IMG/VR virus record: IMGVR_UViG_3300003375_000002
Strand: one strand, 5' to 3'
DNA: 62,394 bases
Source: a virus
The position numbers were made by a program, and so were the translations under genes. The notes under the pieces are model-generated. The model worked only from the letters and a program-made list of their open reading frames with translations. It ran no database searches and was not told where the DNA came from. This document shows, piece after piece, positions 23,601 through 31,298 of this stretch. How positions within the stretch are numbered: the stretch's first letter is position 1; each line of letters begins with the position of its first letter.

Positions 23601-24773
23601 CCCCATCGATGCAGCGTCTTTTGTGGCTTCATCGTAATCAACAGTCTTGTATCCGCCTGCCAGGCCGACAGCTTCAGGATGATGCTTTTCAACATCCTGC
23701 GCAGAAAGTCCGATTTGCTTTGGGCCTTTGTTTCCTTTGTAGCGGAATTTAATGATTTTCTGACCGTCGTGCGTACGACCGATGTCTTCGATTTCCTCCT
23801 TGAGGCGCTCGTCTGAAAAGAATGGTGCAGGAGATGTGGTCGTAGTTGTGCTGCCAGAGTTTGCACCAGTTCCTTCGGCGATGTTCGCCTGGAATTGAGC
23901 GACCTGGAAAGGGTAAGATTGCTGCTGTTCAAACTGATTGTAAAGGGCTGTGAGACCAGCTTGCTGCGTTGCCTGACCGACCTGACCAGCTGCCAGCTGA
24001 GCAGCGCCGCCTTGAAGGCCAGCAGTTTGAGCGCCTGCCCCAAGATTGGCAATTTGAGCACCACCAGCCTGCTCGCGCGCAAGATTGGCTTGCTGCTGAG
24101 AAAGATCGAAACCTTGCTGCTGTTGAGCTGCACCCAGACCAGACGTGTATGCACTTTCATACAATGGATTAATGGCATTGGCAAACGCTAGGCTCTGCTG
24201 TCCAGCGAGATTGGCTGCCGCGATGCCTGCCCTGTCGCCACCGAATGCGCCGCTCTGGATAGCATTGCCAGTCTGGCCGGACATCTGAGATTGTTGCTGC
24301 TGATTTAACAGCTGGGCTGCAGGCGTCACAACGCTCTGAACGAATGGGTTCATATATTTCGAAATGTCAGCACTCGTCAGCTGGCCAACATTCGTCGGGC
24401 CAGAGCCTTGCGCGGTCATTCCAATGCCGGCTGCGAATGCCGGCTGCGCTTCATTAGCGGAAGCATTCGTATTCGCAACGCCTGCATTCTGTGTTGCATT
24501 CATCGGCGCGACGAATGCATTCGGATCTGTGCTATATTGCTGGAATGGAGTTTGAGCAGCTTGGGCTGCTATGTCGTTGACTTGGTTGTAGCGAGCGAGA
24601 ACTTCTGGAGGAACGGTCGTGGTGGAAGTTGACTGCTGAGTTTTTCCGCCGCCGCCGAAAAATTCATGAACAACCCAACTGGGCAAACGCTTCAGACGAA
24701 CATTGTCTGTCTCAACGAAAAATTCATTTCCGTCGAAAAAACTATGACGCCGATCCAGCAGTAAATTGCTCAT
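20631..24773 (-). CDS. 1380-aa virion protein with an internal S74-like autoproteolytic chaperone motif and an M15 (VanY-like) peptidoglycan peptidase domain
   Basis: FFSDERLKEEIEDI at about residue 320. SGYRS...HSMHELGLAAD...DPSHFQ (H-x6-D ... H) at about residues 680-750. Confidence 0.75.
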   Translation of the reverse strand: MSNLLLDRRHSFFDGNEFFVETDNVRLKRLPSWVVHEFFGGGGKTQQSTSTTTVPPEVLARYNQVNDIAAQAAQTPFQQYSTDPNAFVAPMNATQNAGVANTNASANEAQPAFAAGIGMTAQGSGPTNVGQLTSADISKYMNPFVQSVVTPAAQLLNQQQQSQMSGQTGNAIQSGAFGGDRAGIAAANLAGQQSLAFANAINPLYESAYTSGLGAAQQQQGFDLSQQQANLAREQAGGAQIANLGAGAQTAGLQGGAAQLAAGQVGQATQQAGLTALYNQFEQQQSYPFQVAQFQANIAEGTGANSGSTTTTTSPAPFFSDERLKEEIEDIGRTHDGQKIIKFRYKGNKGPKQIGLSAQDVEKHHPEAVGLAGGYKTVDYDEATKDAASMGGFVEPGLGARRAYAGGGYAPVMFDPNQNGFYGGMPGGIPGNGHGYVPAPVQNMARMQTPQIPQHTNPTGMSQVMGTLKDAQSLSSLASGAKNAGSDVLAWLNKPDAMTQDNNPASQASDELLNRKRGGLVGYSSGGMPYSNDNGLDIPDDAPSAKLVPAGAGTGTQSNNSSSNLGDLASLSKLPGLAKSAASGIGDLTSGLGAATSAPMELSGAAAAGGESAADLLPLIFLKRGGKVYRAPGGRTFSDYAENIAQNTDVADLDPTFADRVQDLQQDASDEGIPTHMISGYRSTPQQAGLYAKYLAGGNLAAPPGHSMHELGLAADIPADDPNQQSALVAMAKQPWRGIKAGADFGDPSHFQMADAGNAASVNSYSSKPPSAADVPASRAIGLAAPSQTDDGQNDNSPALLDNIGNAASGVGDWFSKNQNWLVPVLTGLGTMASSPSRYLGSALLQGLGGGAQAYNRQQLQQSQIAKNTLGLMQQRFTPTTDHQNNLAYFDQVTGKIVTPEQRSAIVGNIASPTAILQPTNSSGEGNPSPTNPSASSTTVASAKPIQPDSGASPDSDHPEDAIYARVESLPQIKNLKDTADRYDAQADNLLEKAQRLAGTGPQGEAAAARLTAQAGQNRSLAQQYRQNMMTQREQLAAPEIAKLNETNKKQIEQKYAAGANPEGAKYLPGPGGDNSNAEAPAANSSAAAQKMTIDPKTAEPQTVSPPPPPGGGFPIPKLPAGAKMTEIGEPAKELAKTDAEFNKTMLGNAPVVQQGIERLRALGQAYKTFQSGAGQDTMHAIAAYATAYGRPDIAEKALGGGPQATAAYEWVKKEGVNLTLDTLSAKQPKFAQQEFKALAADGVPNTTNRPEANQRLVAETLGTLLQQQKFQNDWATRGKPDGWASPSAYYQQWQIQNPLDGFVVAAQRQIGNFRGSSLPPTKEWVEGSTYVAPVKPSPELKKQLDVMGVKPGQVFRYNGRNSPVEPLQDEDALKAYQRQ

Positions 24774-25267
24774 TGAAGCGTCTCTTTTTCAGGCTCACTT
24801 TTCCCACGATAGACCCAATAAGCGCCACTCGGCTGACCGAATTGGCGTTCGTAAAGTCTGACTTTACCCGCAGCACGATGCTCAGAGATGACGCCAATTA
24901 CAAGAGCGAGCTCCAGTGTGTCGGCAACCTTTTTGGCAAACTCGCAGAGAAGCCTCGCTCTGCCGCCTTTGGCAGATCTGAATTCCGGAGCAACAAAAAT
25001 TGCTCGCTCAACGAGGCTCGTTTTGTCGGAATACCAAAGTTGATCGATTCGCAGGAGGATTGCAGCTTCTATTTTTTCGCCGGGCTTGCCGATGATGCCG
25101 ACGATTCCGCGCTGATGGGTAAGACCTGCCCAAATTTCAGTCAGCATCTTTGGGACGCTTGGATCGATGAGCCCGTTGTCCTGACAAGCTGCAGCAGCGA
25201 GCTCCATCATCGCATCAATGTCTTCGGGAGTGCCTGTGCGAACAGTTATCTGATCGGTCATGTTCAA
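24770..25267 (-). CDS. GNAT-family N-acetyltransferase
   Basis: 165 aa. The segment VERAIFVAPEFRSAKGGRARLLCEFAKK resembles the GNAT motif A (acetyl-CoA site). Confidence 0.65.
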   Translation of the reverse strand: MNMTDQITVRTGTPEDIDAMMELAAAACQDNGLIDPSVPKMLTEIWAGLTHQRGIVGIIGKPGEKIEAAILLRIDQLWYSDKTSLVERAIFVAPEFRSAKGGRARLLCEFAKKVADTLELALVIGVISEHRAAGKVRLYERQFGQPSGAYWVYRGKSEPEKETLQ

Positions 25268-25842
25268 TCCTGTGCCGGTCCAGGGAGATTTTTCAATGTT
25301 TTGATCGTTTTATCACGATATTGTTTTACGAAATCGTCGAGAACCTTGTGGCCGGTTTCCATGTCGCCATCACCTGCCCAAGCCACTTCATGCGGGGCGA
25401 CGACATGCTCTCCCCCGGCCACAACGCAAGGCACCCCGGACACTTCGCCGCCATCCGCCTTGCCGGGCAATTTTCCGCCGTAGGGTCCGCTGCCGCTGCC
25501 TTTGTAGGGCAGCCCTGCACCACCGTAAGGCGCTCCTCCGAACACTCGTTTAAGCGTCTTGAAACCAGCGATTGTGTTTCCCTCGCCGATTGCGGAAGTT
25601 ATGTCTGCTGGGATTACATAGCTGCCGCTCGGAACATGAACAGGCAGGTGGTCTGTTCTGCCAGCGACAACGGAATGGATCGGCCCAGTATGGAATTTTG
25701 TGACTGTGCCACCGATGGCGCGCGAGTGACGCGCTGTATTCAAGGCAGCTGCAACAGCCTGATTTTTCGGATGGCCAGCCGAAATCATTTCCCGAATGTT
25801 ATTCGAGATTGTGGATTTCGATTTGCCTTTCGACAATGGCAT
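25264..25842 (-). CDS. Hypothetical virion protein (192 aa)
   Basis: ORF track. Gly-rich. Contains RAIGGTV and KADGGEV motifs. Confidence 0.55.
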   Translation of the reverse strand: MPLSKGKSKSTISNNIREMISAGHPKNQAVAAALNTARHSRAIGGTVTKFHTGPIHSVVAGRTDHLPVHVPSGSYVIPADITSAIGEGNTIAGFKTLKRVFGGAPYGGAGLPYKGSGSGPYGGKLPGKADGGEVSGVPCVVAGGEHVVAPHEVAWAGDGDMETGHKVLDDFVKQYRDKTIKTLKNLPGPAQD

Positions 25843-25895
25843 CGTTTGGCTCCGCCCATCTATTATGCTCTGATTTTTTTGCCTTGGAAACTGTG

Positions 25896-26234
25896 TCAGG
25901 AATAGCTTAAAGAAAATGTTTGCCCAGCTCCTGGCGCTGCCACAATTCCGTTCGCGACTGGCATATTGATAACATAAACGCCGACAACCGCCGGAACAAC
26001 CGCTATAGGAGCGGTGGTTACAGAGGTGCTGTTCGAATCGTAAATTACGCCTGCTGCCCCAGCCACTGTTACGCTGATGTTCACGATTCGCCCTGCGCCC
26101 GTCCTAACAACAGTCGCAGAGCTTATGGACGTCTTTGTGGCAGTGCCTTGAACGTTCATATAGTCTTGGCCAATGGTCGAAATCGCCGTAACGATATTCT
26201 TGGCTGTTGTAAAAATGTCAGTCAGCGATGACAT
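25896..26234 (-). CDS. Hypothetical small virion protein (112 aa)
   Basis: ATG at 26234 overlaps the upstream TGA (TGATG). Confidence 0.5.
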   Translation of the reverse strand: MSSLTDIFTTAKNIVTAISTIGQDYMNVQGTATKTSISSATVVRTGAGRIVNISVTVAGAAGVIYDSNSTSVTTAPIAVVPAVVGVYVINMPVANGIVAAPGAGQTFSLSYS

Positions 26235-28369
26235 CAATATTTCCCATCTGGTTGATACCGATAGCGATTGCCACCGAGCCGCCACCAAGTTCCGACGTCA
26301 TTGCTCGATATTGTTATTGAAACGAGCCGACCCCTTATTCTCGGAGTGAAATAAGTGGTGGCTTGGGTGACTGTGTATGGACCATAGGTCCGAGGTGTCT
26401 GACCAGGAAAATCGACAACATTGAAAGTTATGTTCAGAGTCGCATTCTGAGAAGAGCCTTGATACCCGAATTTGAAATCGGGCCACCATTGGTCGATGAA
26501 TGTTTTCACATCAGCTTCAGAGAGTGCGAAATACCCAGTCGTAAACGTCGCCAACAACGGTTGACCGTCGGCGTCTGTAGATATTTCGTGTTGATAGATG
26601 TAGAGGCTGTTCGGATCTGCGCCGATCGGCGGTCCGAGGACACTCTCATTCGTCCAAGCTGTGCGCGCCATGGTTCCGAAATCCCATTTGTCGAGTACAA
26701 CGTTGTATTTAACGTAATTGGTGTTTTCACCCGAGCCTGTCGTCGGATAGAACCAAGATATTTCTCCGAAACGAGAATTCGGTGCAATTCGAATTTTATC
26801 AAGATTGGTCAGATCAAGGTTCTGAAAAACAATGTCCCAGATCGGACAGAACAATGGCTCAACGCCATTCGCTCCAAGTCGATAAAACTGACTTTGACCC
26901 ATCCAATAAACAACACCGCTAAGCGAGCCGGCAGCGCGCTTGGCAATGAGGCCACAGCCTGTGCCGATCTCGTTGAAACTGTAAATGTATGGCTGGCCAA
27001 TATATTGCATTGACCAAAGGGCAAGGTCAGTCCATATCAAACCTTGTTGTGGACCTTGAATTCCGCCGACAATCTTTGAACCTTTCGGAATGCGATATGA
27101 TCCAGCCTGATTGGTGATCAAACCAATCCATGCATTGAAATTATTCACATCGCACCAACGCACAAGCAGCGGATCCTGAATTCCAGTGAATGTTGATCCG
27201 AGTGCAATTATCTGGCGCTGCGGCATCGCAACAAAACAGCTATCATTGACAGGCGGAGCCTGAGCGATGATTGATGCAGTCGGAGAATTTGTCGTTGGGT
27301 CCCACTGATAAATTCCAGTGAATGGAACACCATCAACAAAAGTCCCAGAAGGAGAAGATATCAGGATCTGGCCCCAATTGTCGAGGCTCCAGCTGTCGGC
27401 CGGAATGGCGGAGCCTGTTGTTGCGACAACAGGAGAGCCCACGCCATAGCCTCCGATGCCATAGCCTCCGACGCCGTAACCTGTTGAAGCGATGGCAGGG
27501 CCAACCGTTATGCTGTAAATGAAACGAGCGTTGCCGCCATTTTCGGAAACTGTCGCTCCGGATGTTGCAGTTTGAGGACTTTGGATTGTGAAAGAATTCG
27601 CGTTAGTTACATTCTGAACGATCAAATTGCCATAAAGCGTGACACCGCCAACAGTGGTCGGAACAAGAACCGGGAATGTTGAGCCGACCGACAAGCCATG
27701 GGCTGCGAGCGCCACCGTCACAATTGAAGATGCATTGGTCGTTGTGAATGTCGCGACCGCTCCGCCATTCGTCACATTGCCTGTCGCCGGAACGAGATTT
27801 CCGAGAATGTCGGTCGCCTGAATTTGATACTGTGTCGATCCGACGTTCAATGCAACAGGATAAAGACCATAAAGAACAAGACCGCCGACTGCAACATGTG
27901 TCGCGATGTAAACGCTGTCGTAAGGTGTTATGCCGGTCGTCGTTGAATCTGTGATTGTTACGTTCGGGCTTCCGGTTGTTGTTGTGAATGAAACGGCAAC
28001 ATCATCGCTGATAACTCTCGGAGTTATATCTGCCAGAGATGAAGCTGTCGTTATTCCGTTCGATCCGAGGACACCATTCATAACTGCGAGTTGCGATTGG
28101 CCGGTCAGAGCTCCAGAGGTCCGCGACTGAGAGCCTGATGCGAGCCATTTGTTGGCATTTGTATCTTCCCAAGCCCAAAGCCCGCGAACAATTGAAGCCA
28201 TCTGGGCAGAAAAATAACGCGCCCATCCGCCGATCTTCTGCGGCAGGCCGATGCCCTTTTCGTCTGGAATAAACCGGATCAGATTTGAAGATGAAATTCC
28301 TGCTTCATTCAAGGCAGGCGTTTCATTCAAATCGACGCCGGGGCGAAGCTTGAGGCTGGCATGGGGCAA
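26234..28369 (-). CDS. Large tail/virion structural protein (711 aa; tail-tube/nozzle-like by position)
   Basis: ORF track. Size and position only. Confidence 0.55.
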   Translation of the reverse strand: MPHASLKLRPGVDLNETPALNEAGISSSNLIRFIPDEKGIGLPQKIGGWARYFSAQMASIVRGLWAWEDTNANKWLASGSQSRTSGALTGQSQLAVMNGVLGSNGITTASSLADITPRVISDDVAVSFTTTTGSPNVTITDSTTTGITPYDSVYIATHVAVGGLVLYGLYPVALNVGSTQYQIQATDILGNLVPATGNVTNGGAVATFTTTNASSIVTVALAAHGLSVGSTFPVLVPTTVGGVTLYGNLIVQNVTNANSFTIQSPQTATSGATVSENGGNARFIYSITVGPAIASTGYGVGGYGIGGYGVGSPVVATTGSAIPADSWSLDNWGQILISSPSGTFVDGVPFTGIYQWDPTTNSPTASIIAQAPPVNDSCFVAMPQRQIIALGSTFTGIQDPLLVRWCDVNNFNAWIGLITNQAGSYRIPKGSKIVGGIQGPQQGLIWTDLALWSMQYIGQPYIYSFNEIGTGCGLIAKRAAGSLSGVVYWMGQSQFYRLGANGVEPLFCPIWDIVFQNLDLTNLDKIRIAPNSRFGEISWFYPTTGSGENTNYVKYNVVLDKWDFGTMARTAWTNESVLGPPIGADPNSLYIYQHEISTDADGQPLLATFTTGYFALSEADVKTFIDQWWPDFKFGYQGSSQNATLNITFNVVDFPGQTPRTYGPYTVTQATTYFTPRIRGRLVSITISSNDVGTWWRLGGNRYRYQPDGKY

Positions 28370-29152
28370 TTAGCTCTCCCTCGGAGGCTGTGCCATCGGA
28401 GAAGTCGAAGAAGACGACCAAGCGTCGCCCTCGAACTTTTTGCGGAATTCTTCGCCCATTGCACCCTTCAGAAGGATCTGATAATTCGACTCGTATGTCG
28501 GACCCATCTGGGGATCGTTGCTGGTCGGACCGAAATTGCGCTGGAATTGGCTTATGTAGATCATGCTCGCCTGAATCAGCAGATCTGGAAGATAAGCTGA
28601 AATGAAAGTTGTTGCAGTCGAAGCCAGCGCTGTTGTCGCATTGTAATATAACGAGGGCAAACGAGCAGTTCCAACCAGATGAACAGGATAATTCTGATCA
28701 GGATAAGGCCCAACAAGAATGCTCTGCGTCACATTTCCTGTTGCGTCGCCAGAATAAATGGCGAAATATTTCGGCTGCGCGTAATTAGCGGGTGCACTGT
28801 CGTTGTAAACATTTTGCATCCACTCCATCGCAACTGGCAAAAGTGGTATCGTCGCGGTTCCGTTCACGACGCCAACTGTCTGAAGAGTTACATAATCATT
28901 GATGGAAAATTGAAGCTGATTGCTGCCAGTCGTAAGCGAATGTGTGTCATTGACGACTTGAGCATTTTGCAAATCCATGTCGCGCTGGATCCGCAATTCA
29001 GCATAATTTAGCATCTGAGGAATGATGTTGTTGAACGCAGGATCAACCCCGACAATGACGCCATTTACTTTGGTCGTATCGACGATCGCGAGTGTTGCGA
29101 TCTGAGTTACGTAGTCGTTGTAGCTTAGGGGGTTTGTGTTCGGAGCACTCAT
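28370..29152 (-). CDS. Virion structural protein (260 aa)
   Basis: ORF track. Abuts the next gene with no gap. Confidence 0.55.
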   Translation of the reverse strand: MSAPNTNPLSYNDYVTQIATLAIVDTTKVNGVIVGVDPAFNNIIPQMLNYAELRIQRDMDLQNAQVVNDTHSLTTGSNQLQFSINDYVTLQTVGVVNGTATIPLLPVAMEWMQNVYNDSAPANYAQPKYFAIYSGDATGNVTQSILVGPYPDQNYPVHLVGTARLPSLYYNATTALASTATTFISAYLPDLLIQASMIYISQFQRNFGPTSNDPQMGPTYESNYQILLKGAMGEEFRKKFEGDAWSSSSTSPMAQPPRES

Positions 29153-29386
29153 CTAGTTTCTCCACTGGAGGCCAAGAAGGCGCTTCACAATGAAATTTGA
29201 CATGTGGCACCGCCCGTCTTCGCTGACCTCCCAAGTGCCGACAGTTTGTGTTGACCCTGGGTCGTAGGCGGCGCAACGCGCATCCTGTCGCATCAATATC
29301 CAGTCGCCGTGCATGCTCATGGAAGCCATGAAACCGCAGAAGGTTGCTACAACCCAAACTAAAAGGAAAATTGCGAAAGGTTTCAT
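29153..29386 (-). CDS. Small protein with an N-terminal signal/TM segment (77 aa)
   Basis: ATG at 29386 after GAGGAA. MKPFAIFLLVWVVATFCGFMASMSM. Confidence 0.5.
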   Translation of the reverse strand: MKPFAIFLLVWVVATFCGFMASMSMHGDWILMRQDARCAAYDPGSTQTVGTWEVSEDGRCHMSNFIVKRLLGLQWRN

Positions 29387-29393
29387 GAATTCC

Positions 29394-31016
29394 TCAATTC
29401 GGTGCAATGGTTGTGACGTTTGTTCCTGATATCGAGTTTGCAGCCCATGTTTGAGTTGTCGTTCCGACATTGCCTTTCATGTTCGGACCGATAACTGCAT
29501 TCGCAACATTTGACAATGTCGCGATAAAAGTGTTTGTGCTGACTGTCGCCATCGCGACATTGTAAGCAACAAGGAGCTCTCTCACATTGTCTATATAAAA
29601 AACATAATTGCTGGCAGATCCATCATCATACCAGTAATTGTTTGTTATGATCATCGCTTCAATCCATGGCGATCCGCCAGTGTTGACGGAAACTCCGAAA
29701 TGAGCTAGATTCATGCCATTGTTTGTTATGATGATTCTTCCATAAGAGCCGACGCTGCCTGCCCTTGAAAAAGACATGCAGGCTGTCGCGCAAGCTCCAT
29801 CGAATGTGTTGTAGCCGATGAAGAGTTGGCCTGTGTTTATTGTTTGGCCAGAGTTTGATCCGCCTGCAAGCACAGCGTAGATTCCGAAAAAGCTGCTCAA
29901 GCAAGTGTTGTTGATGAAATGAAACCCGCCAGAGCTGTTCCACTGAACGCAAGCAGTAGATGTCCCAGGAATTCCTTGAATATAAGAGTTTGTGACCTTG
30001 CTGTCGCCGGCATCTCCAAGGCCATAGCCGCCGTCGCCTGTTTCCGCAACGATTATTCCTGCAGAGCTGTAATTTAGACATTTTAGATTGTCAATATTCC
30101 ATGCGAATGCTGCAACTGTCGTGAAACAGGTTGATGCATTCCGGATGACAAGGTCTCGGAAAATAGACTGAGAATTGCCTGCGCCGGTCGGTCCAGTAAG
30201 TGAGATTGCAAATTTACCAGAATTTGCTGCGCCGACATAAATAATGCCGAATTGCTCGAAAACAACAGGCAGATTTGTGTTTACGTCGATGCCATCAATC
30301 GCGACCGAAGGCTGGATAACTGTCGCGTTTCCGCCTCCGCCGACCATCTGGCAAGAGCCAGAAAATGAAAGAGGCGAAGAGGTAATTGATGTTCCAGGAC
30401 TCGCTTCAACGCGGCCATTTGTTGCCTGACACTGATTGACTGCAGCTTGCCAAGCTGTTGTGTCGTCTGTTCCATAATAAAAAATCTTTCCGCTGACAGT
30501 CGTAACAGCTGCAGCGGCAAGCGTAACTGCATGTGCACTAACATAAGCAGAAATTGTCGTTTCGAATGTTGCCCCAGCAGATCCTGCTCCAGATATTCGA
30601 ATCGTTTTATTCACATCTGCATTCGTAAATGTCGCAGAAGCAGAAGTGAAAGCAGTTGATGATGCATTTACAGCACCGTCAGAAAATCCTATCGTGTTCG
30701 TGACTGCGCCATAATCTGTCGGGCTTAGATGAAGAGTCAGGAGCTTGGCGTTGACATTTGAAGTGACTGCGCCGGTTCCCGCCTGCGTAAACGGAATGCT
30801 CGTGCCAGGAAATGTTCCTGTCAGAACGCTCGTCGGGATCGTCGTCGCGAAACTCGCCGCGCTCGCGCCATTGCCATAGAAATAACCAGTTTTCGAAGGA
30901 GTGTAGAAATTTCCATTGACGGTTGTGTTATTGTACGTCGGCGAAGGATAAGACTGAGCCAGCGCCACAGACGCTGCAAAAAGCCAGATCAAAAATGAGC
31001 GACCAAGCATGTTCAT
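29394..31016 (-). CDS. Right-handed beta-helix (pectate-lyase-fold-like) protein with a signal-peptide-like N-terminus; depolymerase/tailspike candidate
   Basis: N-terminus MNMLGRSFLIWLFAASVALAQSYPSPTYN. Long Gly/Asn/Thr-rich repetitive body. Paralogue of 31299..32945. Confidence 0.6.
   Translation of the reverse strand: MNMLGRSFLIWLFAASVALAQSYPSPTYNNTTVNGNFYTPSKTGYFYGNGASAASFATTIPTSVLTGTFPGTSIPFTQAGTGAVTSNVNAKLLTLHLSPTDYGAVTNTIGFSDGAVNASSTAFTSASATFTNADVNKTIRISGAGSAGATFETTISAYVSAHAVTLAAAAVTTVSGKIFYYGTDDTTAWQAAVNQCQATNGRVEASPGTSITSSPLSFSGSCQMVGGGGNATVIQPSVAIDGIDVNTNLPVVFEQFGIIYVGAANSGKFAISLTGPTGAGNSQSIFRDLVIRNASTCFTTVAAFAWNIDNLKCLNYSSAGIIVAETGDGGYGLGDAGDSKVTNSYIQGIPGTSTACVQWNSSGGFHFINNTCLSSFFGIYAVLAGGSNSGQTINTGQLFIGYNTFDGACATACMSFSRAGSVGSYGRIIITNNGMNLAHFGVSVNTGGSPWIEAMIITNNYWYDDGSASNYVFYIDNVRELLVAYNVAMATVSTNTFIATLSNVANAVIGPNMKGNVGTTTQTWAANSISGTNVTTIAPN
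30931..31002. repeat. 72-nt segment identical to 32866..32937
   Basis: Compared base by base. Encodes the shared N-terminus SFLIWLFAASVALAQSYPSPTYN. Confidence 0.9.
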
Positions 31017-31298
31017 CCTAACGAAATCGAGATAACGCTTCCATCGACGTTGATTATGGTTTGCGTGTCCATCATTGACCTCGGCTGGAAAACAAAAGAC
31101 AAAGCAATAGGATGAATTCCTATCGCTTATCAGTCACAACCCAACTATTTTCATTGACCATCCGCATATACTCCGCGACGGTCATATATCCGGCTTCAGC
31201 TAGGGCAAAAGACATTTCCTGCGTCATAATTCTCTCCCGTTACTGTGTGGGCACAAACGAAAAAGCAATTTTGATGCTTTTCATTTTTGATGCTCACC

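Noticed and set aside
31017-31298. Very short minus-strand ORFs (14, 35 and 20 aa) in the 280-nt spacer between the two beta-helix genes
   Set aside because: One (31227..31120, 35 aa) has a GGGAGAG site. All are too short, and I cannot judge conservation. I treat the region as an intergenic spacer that may contain a promoter.
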